Of a stretch of DNA of 64,000 nucleotides, positions 39,595-51,420 are shown piece by piece. Source of the DNA: Daphnia carinata (lineage: Eukaryota). Under the pieces are notes generated by a model. The model was not told where the DNA came from, made no database searches, and was given only the letters and a program-made list of their open reading frames with translations. The DNA is taken from positions 4,836,001 through 4,900,000 of the forward strand of contig NC_081332.1 in assembly GCF_022539665.2 (NCBI RefSeq), written 5' to 3'. The stretch's first letter is position 1; each line of letters begins with the position of its first letter. The position numbers and the translations under genes were made by a program.

Positions 39595-42500
39595 ATGATG
39601 GAGACGCGGATCCTGATGTCGACTTCGTCTACCAGCAACGGCAGCAATTACGACGGTGAGATGTTTCACGTGTTATTTTTAGTCCGCCTTTTTTTTTTTT
39701 TTATTCAAAAACGATGCAAACAAAAGGTAGAAAAGAATTGCGCGTCTAGCCGTCCGTAGGTAAAAGGTTTCCGCTCGAACCATAACGAAGTCATCAAGTC
39801 AAAACGAGATTGAAACAAAAGCGAAGCTGTGGAAAAGTCGGTTTTGATTGTGACTGACGAGTTGCTTCACCAACTCATTAAGACTTTTAATTGCTTGGAT
39901 AGCTGTTTATAACTAGAAAATGTTGATGTATTTATTTCTTACAAAAAAAACAAGAAAAGAGCGCTGCGAATATAAAGAGAAAACGTTTTCCAACCAATTA
40001 TACGCTGCCACAGTCGGGCCGTCGTTTGGCGCATATTATATAAAGCGAAGCCGTATTGGATATCCAAAACTGCTCCTTTCCTATTTATCTAAAACGTAAC
40101 CTGATCAAACGAACTAATTAACGAGCTCCTTTTTGTCGTCGCTCTCGCCCTGTTCTCTCCCCCTTTTCATGTTGATAACTTTGTCTCCTCTTGTAATGAA
40201 GCTCGCGAAGCATCAGTCAGCCACTTGGAATCGACGTCGAAGTGTCACAAGACTTCAGATGAGCAACTTAAAACAGGTTTTTTTGATTGACTTGCAGAAA
40301 TGGAAAACTAGTTTTTCTCTGAATCTTTAAAGATAATATTCGTAGGCGGTTCTTCTTTCGTTTTCTTAAATCTTTTCGGTAGTCAAGGTAACTTGCAATA
40401 TAAATATGAGCTTTAAATCTACCACACTTCTGCGGTTCCTTAATGCTTCGTTACGATGTTTTTAACTAACGCCAAAGTATTTGATCTCGCATTCATCACA
40501 GCTGGGGTACATATTCAGCAGGCCTTGTTTTGCGTTGTTTGTTATATTTGACCATGAAAACGATACAGCAAGGCTTCCTTTGCTATGGTATAACCTACTA
40601 TGGGGGGGGGTCTCAAACCCAAACAAAAGGTAGACTGAATATAGCGTCGCTATAGTATACATGCTGAAAGAGTAGAGAAGCCATGCCAAAATTCTTGTCT
40701 CAATAGAATCTCTCTCCCTTATTCACCTTTTCATATATCATACAGCAGCAGCTCATGCTATATACCATGATGGCGGATATTGGTTTTTCTCTAGTTCTTT
40801 CACCTTTTCCCCCCTCCTTGCAGCAGGTATAGAGACTACGTCGATCAGCAGAATTCTAAGATATTTTCCCCATAAAACAGAACTCTATTCTACTATTACA
40901 GTCAAGAGAAAAATAAGTTGTACATACATAGTGACTCTTTGAATAGAGACGGGGAGATAGTATGGAACCCCTCTGAAATTATTGAACCGAATAATCCTAA
41001 CTAGTAATGTAGGGAAATGTTACATTTAAAAAATAATGTTACACGGCTAGATCGTGAAACATATCGCCGAGAATTATTATTTTTCTTAGTGGCACACCTG
41101 GTAGTAATAATTATTGATCGTCGATGAAATCAGATAAGGACGGGGTACAGGTAATTGAAACACTGTATATGAAAAAAACTGGGAGGGTTGTACTGGTAGA
41201 TCTGAGGAAGGGGGCTCGCACGCGTGGGATCGAATGTTTGGAATGATACGCCGACAAGGGCACGTGGCCGCTTCTTGATTGACAGCCATTCAACTGTGAT
41301 ATTAGCTGCTCTTTACCGTGTCAGTACTCTCTACCTCTCGCTTATAATGCCGGCGTACATGTGATTAAACCCATACAGCATGCATATAGTCAATTCGATT
41401 TCCTACCCCTACCGTGTCCGTCATGTTCTGGTTTTCTTTTTATTCTCTTCGTCGGTCAATTCGATTATAAACAAATCTTACTTCTCTTTCGACACAGTTC
41501 TATAGAAACTAGATAACAGAAATAATTGTTTCATCCATACGATAGAAATGATGCTCAACCGGAAGGAATCATCGGTACACCATCATCACCAAAGAACCAC
41601 ATCTTCAAGTGTGACGGCCATTGGAGGCGGACATCATCATCACCATCAAACGGCTCAACTTCCTCCGCCTTTGACGGCCGTTCAAATGAGACCTCACTCA
41701 ACTCCGGCAACACTTTTATGGCTGGAAGAAAATTACGAAATGGCTCAAGGAGTTTGCGTCCCACGCAACACCCTCTACCTTCACTACGTCGATTTTTGTT
41801 CCAAACACGGAATGACGCCCGTCAATGCCGCCTCATTCGGCAAAGTAAGACCAACTCAATTCTCAAATCAATTAGATTTTTTTTTTTAAAAATTTTAAAC
41901 GATTTATTTCAGATTATACGACAGCAATTTCCACAATTAACAACGCGACGTTTAGGAACTAGGGGTCAATCACGTTATCATTATTACGGGATCGCCATCC
42001 GGGAAAATTCAGCTTATTATGAGTTAGTCTACTCAAAGAAAGGGTTGCAAGCGTAAGTGCATTTTTTTTTAAGTCTAAATAATTTCTGTGTCAGTCCATT
42101 TTATTACTTGATCGACTTCTGATGTGATAGCTGGCTGTCATCACAGACAAGGAGATCTAAATCAGTGCTATAATAAGCGTATCTATCATACGAAGAAGAC
42201 CGGTTTTCTTTCGATTCGTGTATTTTCCTGTCGTATGGCGATGTAGTTGTGCGTTTATGTGTCGTCCGTTGCCTAGGTGAGAGCAGCCATCTTGTTATAT
42301 CAAGCCACCGTGAATCTCTTTCTCCCCCACCGTGCACACTTTCTTTTTTTTTTATTTAACCATCCTCCAATCCATTTCTTTTCCTACCCTTACACAATCT
42401 CACTGGATGTATTGAAAAAAAAAAAAAAGAAAAGAAAAACGACATAACATATTCTACCGTAACTTTGGTGTCCCTTTATCTTGGAGATAGAAACTTTTGA

Positions 42501-45435
42501 GTTGTAAACGAAGTGTGTAAACATAATTTTTTCTTTTCCCAACAGGACTGAAGATATTCGAAAAGATCACCTTCGACAGGTAATAAAGCATATAGAAAGT
42601 TTGCATTCATTCTAGCAAAAACTTAATTTTTTTTCCTTAAACGTTAGATGCCTTCCTCATGTGCTGGGAACCATGCAGGAATGCCATCGTCTTCAAGATC
42701 TGTGACGTCTTCATCATCGCAAGGCGTTGGCGGAGGGATTCCTGTATCAGTTGCTGTGGCTCAAGCTGCCACTGCTGCAGCGCTGGCTACCCGCCTACCA
42801 GAGTTCCCCAATTTACGTGACTTGTGTCTACCGCCTGGCGGCATTAGCGGGGGCGTGCCCGAAGAGCGTGTTGCCACGTTTATCGTCATGTATCGCGCCC
42901 ACTGTCAGAGACTCCTCGATACGATTATTCGTGGCAGCTTCCAAGAAGTACGTTTCATTCATTTCTAATGACCGTATGATTGAATTATTGAAAAATGTTT
43001 TGTGGTAAGGTGCAAACATTCCTCTTGCATTATTGGCAAGGCATGCCGCCACACCTGATTGGCGTCCTAGGAAGTCACGTGGTTGTCAACATTGTCGGTG
43101 TTTGCGATTCGATCCTCTACCGCTCCGTTTGCAGCATCCTCATGTCTTCTGTCATTCGAGTAATGTGAAATCAATGGAAATGGGGATACGCTTAGTACCT
43201 ATGAATGTGTATTGCCATACCCCGACCGATTATCGATCTATTCCAGGGATTGCCCGAGAATTTGATCCAGATGATACGCAAATTCGCATCCGAGTTGGAT
43301 TCGTGGCTTCGAGCTGCGCTGGAAGACTTGCCGGAAAATTTACGCGCCGTCAAAATCGATTGTAAGAATTTCTTAACTTATTTTTCCTTTAAACAGAAAA
43401 ACAATCTCCGTTTTTTTTTAATTTTTGGTTTGCACTTGTTGCATTAACAGTGGCACGGCATTTTTGTCACATGCTACGGAGACAAAGTTCACTAAATCAG
43501 CTGTTTGGGACCGTCCGGTTGGCTTTACATGACCCGCAAGTGAATAGCGTTTTACTTCACGACTGGCAACGTCAGGATCTTCACGCCATGACTAAAAGTG
43601 CCCTACAAGCGGCCAGCAATTTTCATTTGAACGATCAGGGTCAACAGTTCCGTAAGCGCCGGTCAACCGAGGCGCAACCCATCAGTCCCGCTACCGTCGA
43701 ATTCGTGGCCGCCTGTAAGTTGACAGTCGATCAATTTTCTGATTTTCATTTCTTTGAAAGTGTTTTTCAAATTTTTCCAGTCGGTGGCGAGTTCGAGCGG
43801 CTGCTGGCGGAGCAAGCGCCGTTGGAGGCCTACACTGAATGGGTGGAGTCGATTGTGGATCGGTGCGTCCTTCAACAGCGCCACCATCGCAGCAGACCCG
43901 CCTCTTCTTTGCGTCACTCCATCCGTCAATTCCTGCTTGTATGGATGGCTTTTAGCGGACGGTTACTGCGTGAGTTGACCGCACAGACCGCTGCCGGATT
44001 CGGTGAGTTGCCGCGCAACATTCGATTTTTTTTTTTTGTTTTTTTATCTACAACATATTTTTCCGTATTCGTTTTTTCTGGATGGTTTATTTTCTTATAT
44101 TATATAGAAACGTTCCATTTGATGCGCATCATGGTGGATGACTACTTCCTTTATCTGGTCGAGTTGTTGCACGTTGACGACCGGGCCCGTGAGCTCATGC
44201 GCAACATCACCCTCGACATACCGCCAGAATATCTTGACACGGATTATGAAGGTGTTCTTCAAAATTTTATTTTTCTGTAAAATATAATTTTTTTAAATAA
44301 TTGAATGCAAATTTATTTAGGCTTCCTTGCCACCGTTTTTGCAAATCTTGATATTTCGCCGGAAATCACTAGTCTCGGTTCAGATCACTCATCATCCGGC
44401 AACAGACATCTGACCGTGGGCGAACCACACTATGCTGACGTTGTGACGGAAGAAACAAGCCGTAAGTACAATAATTCTCGATCCATATCCAAGTAACTCA
44501 TTTTTGTTTAATGGCAGATATGGAAAATAACAGCCCAAACATCCAACAGCAGCAGGTTATTGTGGTTAACAACGCCACAACTAACAATGGTTACAACAGT
44601 TTACCCACCGAATCTCCTTCCGATACTGGAACGTCGGATGAAACGTTCACTAGTTATGACTACGCATCTAATATTCGATTAGCCAATGGCTATAAATTCG
44701 CTAGCGGTGGTGGACCCACAAACACCGGAGGTTATAATAGCTATCCGGCTAGTAATACGCCACCTGCAGTTTCCCATCAAGTACTCACTTAACTCAAATT
44801 TTTTTAAACTATAAAAATCATAATGTTCGGGTTTCATTTCAGCAGTTAAGCTACTACCCTAGCACGGGTTTTGGCGATGTATCAAATGCTGCAGAGCAGT
44901 ACACTAATGGATCATACAATGCAGCCTATCAGCACGCAGCGTATCATATCCGGCGGGATTTCAGTACGGATGTCATACATCACCAAGTACATAGCTGTTC
45001 CACTTCTGGTGGCGTGGGTTCCAGCGGATTTTATGCTTCGGAACACCAGCAATCTCCACAGGTAATTACACCGACTACAGGCACCAATTATGTTAACATT
45101 CCTGCAACTGGTGGAACCGGAGACTATTACGGAACAGTCTACGATGTGACGTCGTCCGCTTCATCCAGCAGTAGCGCTTCAGTTTACGGAGACCTAAACG
45201 ACCAAAGTCATTCAAAGTAAACTTTTGTTACGTGTATCCATATTTGGCTTTATTAACTATTTGTTGTGTTTCTTATCTCGTTAGATTGAAAAAGAATGAA
45301 ACTGTCATAGCCCAGCAATCGTCAAGCGTCATCATTGGCCAAACTCAACCTGACACGGAATGCGGAGGAAAAGCTCCGGAAACAAACACGTCAAGTAACT
45401 TTCATATCTCCTCAGAGCCCTATATTCGTTCATAA
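39595..45435 (+). CDS. RFX4: RFX transcription factor of the RFX4/6/8 class (winged-helix DBD plus dimerisation domain), multi-exon; N-terminal exon and last exon tentative
   Basis: [39 protein letters not shown]...[44 protein letters not shown] is close to vertebrate RFX4 as I recall it. B/C/DIM regions: [28 protein letters not shown]. Confidence 0.9.
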
Positions 45436-46472
45436 GAAAGAGACTGTATTATGCTTGAAACCTAGTCGAGTAATTATCCATACATGGTACAATCTCAAAT
45501 TTTTTTGCAGCGAGTTCGGCTACACTCGCGAGAATCCCGAGTGAATTACCGAATCCCAGCACAAACCAAAATTCTTGACCACAAACCATAGTGGTGAATT
45601 ATCGTCATCATAATTGATCATATTTCTAGTCTGCGCGTACATGCTTACCTATTTCGGTACTTCAGTCTGATACTGGTCAATGTTAAATGCACAACAGTTT
45701 TTTTTGTCACTTCTTATTTTATTTAAATCGCTGTTTTTTTTTTTTTTGGCCTTTTGCTAAAATTTCTAAAGGAATTTTCGTTCTTGTACCAAACACTTTG
45801 AAGTGTTACATCCTGTTGCTTTTCTCTCGGCGTGCGTTCAATCTATTACTGTTTGCCATTGAAAGGTCTCTCCAATACACTTATATTTCGTTTCGATTCT
45901 TTGTTTTTACTACCTGTGCTCACCGAAATAAGATAAACAAGTCTTTTAAATGAAATGTTCAATGATAGGTGGCACCACTTTGCAGGTTCTTTTTTCAGGT
46001 AAATTGCCGTTCTGGATAGAGGTATGCTGCGTAAAGTGCGGGGCACTGCGGAAGTTGGGGTACAGGTGTGGGGATCATTTTTGATTTAATCTATTGTTTT
46101 ACTTGGTGTGGATAACATAATCTATAGTTAAAATTTATTGCTAGGATGTGTTATGCTACAATTTCGTTGCGTTACGCTGATGCAAAATCCCATGAATAAG
46201 AGGTACGTATGATATGCTCATTTTAAAGTAATACCACTTTGCGCGCCATAAACCCCCATAATAATTTGTGTAGCAGACCGGTAAAGCAAAACGGCGCCCG
46301 TATTCGGGCTTACGCGTTTTACACAACCTCCGATGCATTCTTCAGTTTAGGTGGTTTCCACGGTTTCGGCGTCTAGTTTACATATTTTTTTCACAAAAAA
46401 TTTCATGGGTTAGTGTAGAGTTTAAGTCATGATGGAGAGGGTAAAATGAAATAGATTCATGCATCAATTGAG

Positions 46473-48763
46473 ATGGAAGAGTTATCCAGGCTACTACTGG
46501 AAGAAAGATCACATTCAGAACAGTTTAAAGCAAATTTTATGAAGCTCAAAATTGAATATGATAAGTAATGCCCGATTGTGATAGACAATAACAGATCTGT
46601 TATTAAAAATCATTCAAATTTTTCAAAGGATCTTAGCTGATAATCATAGGCTCAATGATGATATATTGAAGCTCAAAGAATATAAACCTGAAGAACCTAA
46701 TGAAGTGGTTAAACGAAAGCTCAAGAATGCTGAAAAACAATTACAGAGCAAAGATTGTCTCATTTTATCACTTCAAGAAGAGGTTAAATGAAATAATCAT
46801 GAATTTTTCATGTATAACTACAAAGGTTTTTGTATTACAGCTTCGAACCATCAACGAATCTCTAAAGGAGAAACTCTGTTATGATAAGCAGTATGCTTCA
46901 AGGATTGCATCAACAGAAAATGCCCTTGAACAAACAAAAGTCTTGTTATCAAATCTTCAGTTAGAAACATCAGTGTTGGTGAAAAATGTAGAGAAGACCA
47001 GAAAAACAGATGAACAAGACCATCAAAGAGATCTCATGATGTTAGCAGACCGAGTATATGGTGGAACTTACTGTTAGAGCATAGAGGTACTAGACATCAG
47101 CCATTTTTTTTTTTAGTGTGCCCAGTCCGACCATGACCGGAGAGTGATTGCCCGCCAAGTGTTAAAAGCCACGTCAAAAGCACGGAAAACAACAGATTTA
47201 TTAAAACAAGAAAACAGTCTACTCTCGTTTACCATTACAGTAAGACTTTAATGCACTATTCCCGTCATGAAATTTTTTTCATAAAATTTATTTTTCCAGA
47301 AACTTAAAGAAACTTTGGATAAAATCTGTTGGGATAAAAGTGAACTGTCATCGCAATTAGACACCCTTAAAGTTCAGCACGGACAAGATCGTGGGGAGTT
47401 GATCATGCAAATCCGCAACCTTGAAGTATGTGAAAAGAAAAAGCGTTTCTAAAACTGTATGTAGCTTAATGAATTTTCAACAATTAGTGCGAACACACCA
47501 AGCTTCAAGCTAAATGCGATGCTACCGAAAAAAGCATGCAAGAAGCTTTACGTGAAAAAGAAAAGGCTGTTTTAGCATTTCAAGCTGCCGAAAACAATGA
47601 AATCAAACTGAGGAATAGCGTGTTTGCTCTCGAAATAAAATTCGAAAAAACGTGCGATCAATTTAAAGGAGATATGGAGTACAAAGATCAAATAAATAAT
47701 ATTGAAGTTCAAGAACTGAAGAAACATATTCACGGTATGCTATTACACACTACTCGTTGCCGTTTTACTTATGTTTAATGGCTTGTGATCATTTGCCTTT
47801 GAAAAAAAAGCGTTGAAAGTTGAATTAGATGAAGAACGCTCAAAAATCCAACAGCAATCTGAAAATTTGCGTGTTCATGAAAAAGAACTTATAGTGGCCA
47901 AAGAAGAGTTACGCAAGAAGGAAATCGAAGTCAATACTCAGGTGCAGGACGTCAAAATTGCAACGGAAAACAAGTACCGGGTAATAGAGGAATGTTCGAT
48001 ACGTTTGAGCTTCATACTTGTAGTTTTCAAAATTATCTTCTAATAGGCGATAATCGAAGACAAATTTCAGAACGAAATGGAAACTGCCCGCAAGTATGCC
48101 GAAATCCAGAGCCAATTGATTTTAGAGCGCAATTTGAAGACTAGCCTCGAATCAGAATTGCGCAGATTAATGTCCAATAATCAAACGTTAAGCGAACGAA
48201 TTCGATCTCTGGACGAATTGGAAATGGATCAGAAACGATTAAAAAATACTATAGAATTTCTGGAAAAAGAAAAGAATGAACTTTCTGAGCAGTTGGATCG
48301 CAACAAGCAATCTTCTGCAGAGGTAACTTCTTGAATAAAACAACTGTGATTAATAACTTCTTACATGTATTTTTCAATAGCAATATGAGACTTTTTTGAA
48401 AGAACTGGAAATAAGTCGCTCTGGTCAAGCCATCGCGAATGAAACGATGCTTAAGACGGTAAGTGACTTGCGAGAACAGGTCACGCAGCTACAATGTCAA
48501 CTCGCTGTTTCGGAACAAAATGCTGAATCTCAAGTGAAACGACTTGAAACCTCATTAAAAATCAACCAGCAGGTATAATTTTTATTGCTTTCAATCTGTT
48601 GCTTATCGATTACAACATCATATTGATTTCATATTACAATTTTATTTTGCAGAAATCTCAGCAGTATGCAAAATTGATTTGGAAGTTACGACAACGTCTT
48701 GCGTTGACTAGCCATTCCAAGCAAATAGTCCAACCAACTTCGTGTAACGATCTGGAACAATAG
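46473..48763 (+). CDS. CEP83: Long coiled-coil protein, CEP83/CCDC41-like, multi-exon
   Basis: N-terminal ELSRLLLEERSHSEQFKANFMKLKIEY resembles the CEP83 motif (L.DER...E..KANY..LK.EH). LKVELDEERSKIQ also aligns from memory. Splice chain is consistent; TAG at 48761-48763. Confidence 0.6.
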
Positions 48764-49461
48764 AAATTAAGGACAATGTGTTTCTTTGAAGTAGCATTGT
48801 ACAGTTACCATTTCTGCTTACATTTAATAATTTGAGTGGCGCTAACGGGCGAGCCCGACGAGTTCGTGACAGCTATCTGTAACTTAATTCTCTTTTTTTT
48901 TTTAAATAACAGTTGGTTATTTTGACTTAAACTCAAATGAACTTATCTTCAGAGTAATATTTTAAAATGTAAACTAACATTAACTTCTTGTTTTGAAAAA
49001 CGTCATATATTTAAAGATTTGATGGTTAGAAAAGCATTTGAGTTGGATTCAAGAACTCAGCACTGCTATTTTGCATCCATAAAAAATCATTGAAAAACAG
49101 AGGGCCAATATGAAAAACCATTTACAATCTGTAGCTGAATGGGAGGACATCAGTTCCATGAAGTTCCATTTTGTATAAGGTAGGTCAACCTATGAAGCTT
49201 ACTCTCTCAAACAGACTAATTTTTTCCTACATTAATAGAGCTCTTTACACAGTTCAAATATGAACTGGAGAGCTGCTACACCAGTCAGCATGTGCACCAA
49301 ACCTGACTGAAGGCTTTGAAAGAAAAAAAAGGAATTGCTGTGCACAGCTAAATAAGAAATACAACATGTCTTTCATGACACAACGAAATTAGATTATAGG
49401 TACATACACACGGGACTTTGAGTCTAACCCTGGTTATTTACATGAGAAAACCAAAAAAGTT

Positions 49462-49929
49462 CTACTTTTCAATTGGTGAATACATTGGTATTGGAAAGTC
49501 AACATGGAGTCTTGGGTTGGGGTAGTATACTGTGCCCTGAATAAGTGAATGATAAATAAATTATGTTTCATGAATCATACAAACTAGACTTGCCTGAGGC
49601 CTCAGATTGCCTAATTTCCTCCTCATGGTTGTGGTCTGTGAATTTTCAACCTTTACCTCTTCATAAAATTCATGAGCTAAATCACCATCTTCATCAAAAT
49701 ACATGGAACTAGAAAAAAAAAGGGGAATGTGAAAAAATGAACATTTATGCTTTATTACATATACCCATTCTGTGGCCTACCCTTTCCTGGTGTAAACGAA
49801 TTGCGAAGCAAGTCTACGGGGATCTAATCTTGGTTGCTTCTGGTATTGTCCATTGATTGTCGCTTTTCCCTCTTTTGCTGGGCTGGCCGAACTAAACCAA
49901 GAGCCTTTACCAGACCACGACGCACCCAT
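49462..49929 (-). CDS. TUSC2: Tumour suppressor candidate 2 (FUS1) homologue, 3 exons
   Basis: Myristoylation-type start MGAS; FVYTRKG|SMYFDEDGDLAHEFYEE; NLRPQ|G...PRLHVDFP. Confidence 0.92.
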
Positions 49930-51420
49930 GAGCTTGACTGTTAGGTGTTTTGTCTTAAATAAAAAAAAATACGAATTTCACACAAAACTTGTCGCGTTTT
50001 TTTATTTTTTCTGTAAAAGTCGGAGCTTCGATCGATGACATTTGTTCTATTGACATCTATTCTGTCTGCTATTCGGGATGGCAACAAGGTTCCCTACAAG
50101 GTTGCCAATAGAGGTTTTTTCCAACTGTGCATAAATTCTAATTTTACGCGAGTGTCGCGTGTCGGTGTGTGCATGTGTGGACGTGTGTTGTGTTCGCTGT
50201 GCCATTCGGCGTATGGCATAAAGGAAACGTGTTAGGTTCGCATAGTTTGTAGCTGGTAAATGAAAATGAAGTCGCATTTCAAATCCTTGGCGAGTACGTG
50301 CACTTCCGCTTACTTCTGTAAATATCTTTCCACTGTAAATCTTGCACATCAACCACCATGAAAGCCAACCCATGCCACTCACCCACACCCCAACAATGAA
50401 GCATGACTAAGGTTAAGTATAGTTCTATTGTTTGTTAGTCAAAATTTTTCATCTGCTATTACCTCTCCCCTATATCGACCGATTGCAACATAATTGAGGA
50501 GTAGCATGTGCACTTAAAATGTATCTAATTTCCTGAACTCTGGCAAAAAAATCAATAAGGTTAAGATCACCAGATGGTATCGCTACGAACAGGCGGGGTA
50601 ACTTGGAACTAAAACATGCCTAAACGCTTCCTGGTATAATTTCTTTGTTCAGACTGCACGTGGTGGCGAGAAGCTGATGTGTGCAACACAACGTCCTGGA
50701 AGTTGGAACCTGCAATTGTGAGAACTTCGCAGTGGAAGAAACCAATTCGTTGTGAATCGTAACCCACAAAAAAACACCTAATCCTGCCAAAGTAAGTTAC
50801 ATTATTTTCCTGAATTTCCATCGAATTTCACTATTTGAAGCGTATGTGTGTAGTTCAGCAATAGCCAAGCTTATTGCTTCCATTCTTATCCGTATGAACT
50901 AGGCGGCAAAAAAAAATTACTAGAATCCCATGTACTTGTAACGTTCAGATATTTTTTACCCAAACCTTTTAGTTAACTCATATCCAATTATATTAAAAAC
51001 ATCCTACGGATTTTTGCCTTTTTAAGAGTCTCCAAGTATTCCCTTATCAATTAAATTTCAATACGTGTGATTAGACGAACTGTTCATGGTATTTCGTACC
51101 GTTAATATTTTTTCAATATAGCCTAGTACCCATTGGGAGTTTTTCTCATTAGGTTCTATATAGTCAAATGTTTTTGTAGCCGATATAAATTTTGAACGTT
51201 TTCCGTTGCAATTTGCTAGAATTCTTGAATTTTTCCCCCCTGAGAGAACGTTTACATGCTGTCTGTTGAATGTTCGCACTTGCCTCACGGCTCTGAAGTA
51301 AAGCCACGTTTTTTTTTTCAACTGAAATACTCAGGAATGCCCTGCAGACAATGTTAAAAAAAACACAAGGCAAAAGACCCCAGTTTGAAGAAAATGTATT
51401 TAAATTCAACCATTTCAAAC

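Noticed and set aside
46354..46367. X-box in the CEP83-like promoter (GTTTCCACGGTTTC)
   Set aside because: Only one good half-site; the second half lacks the AAC core.
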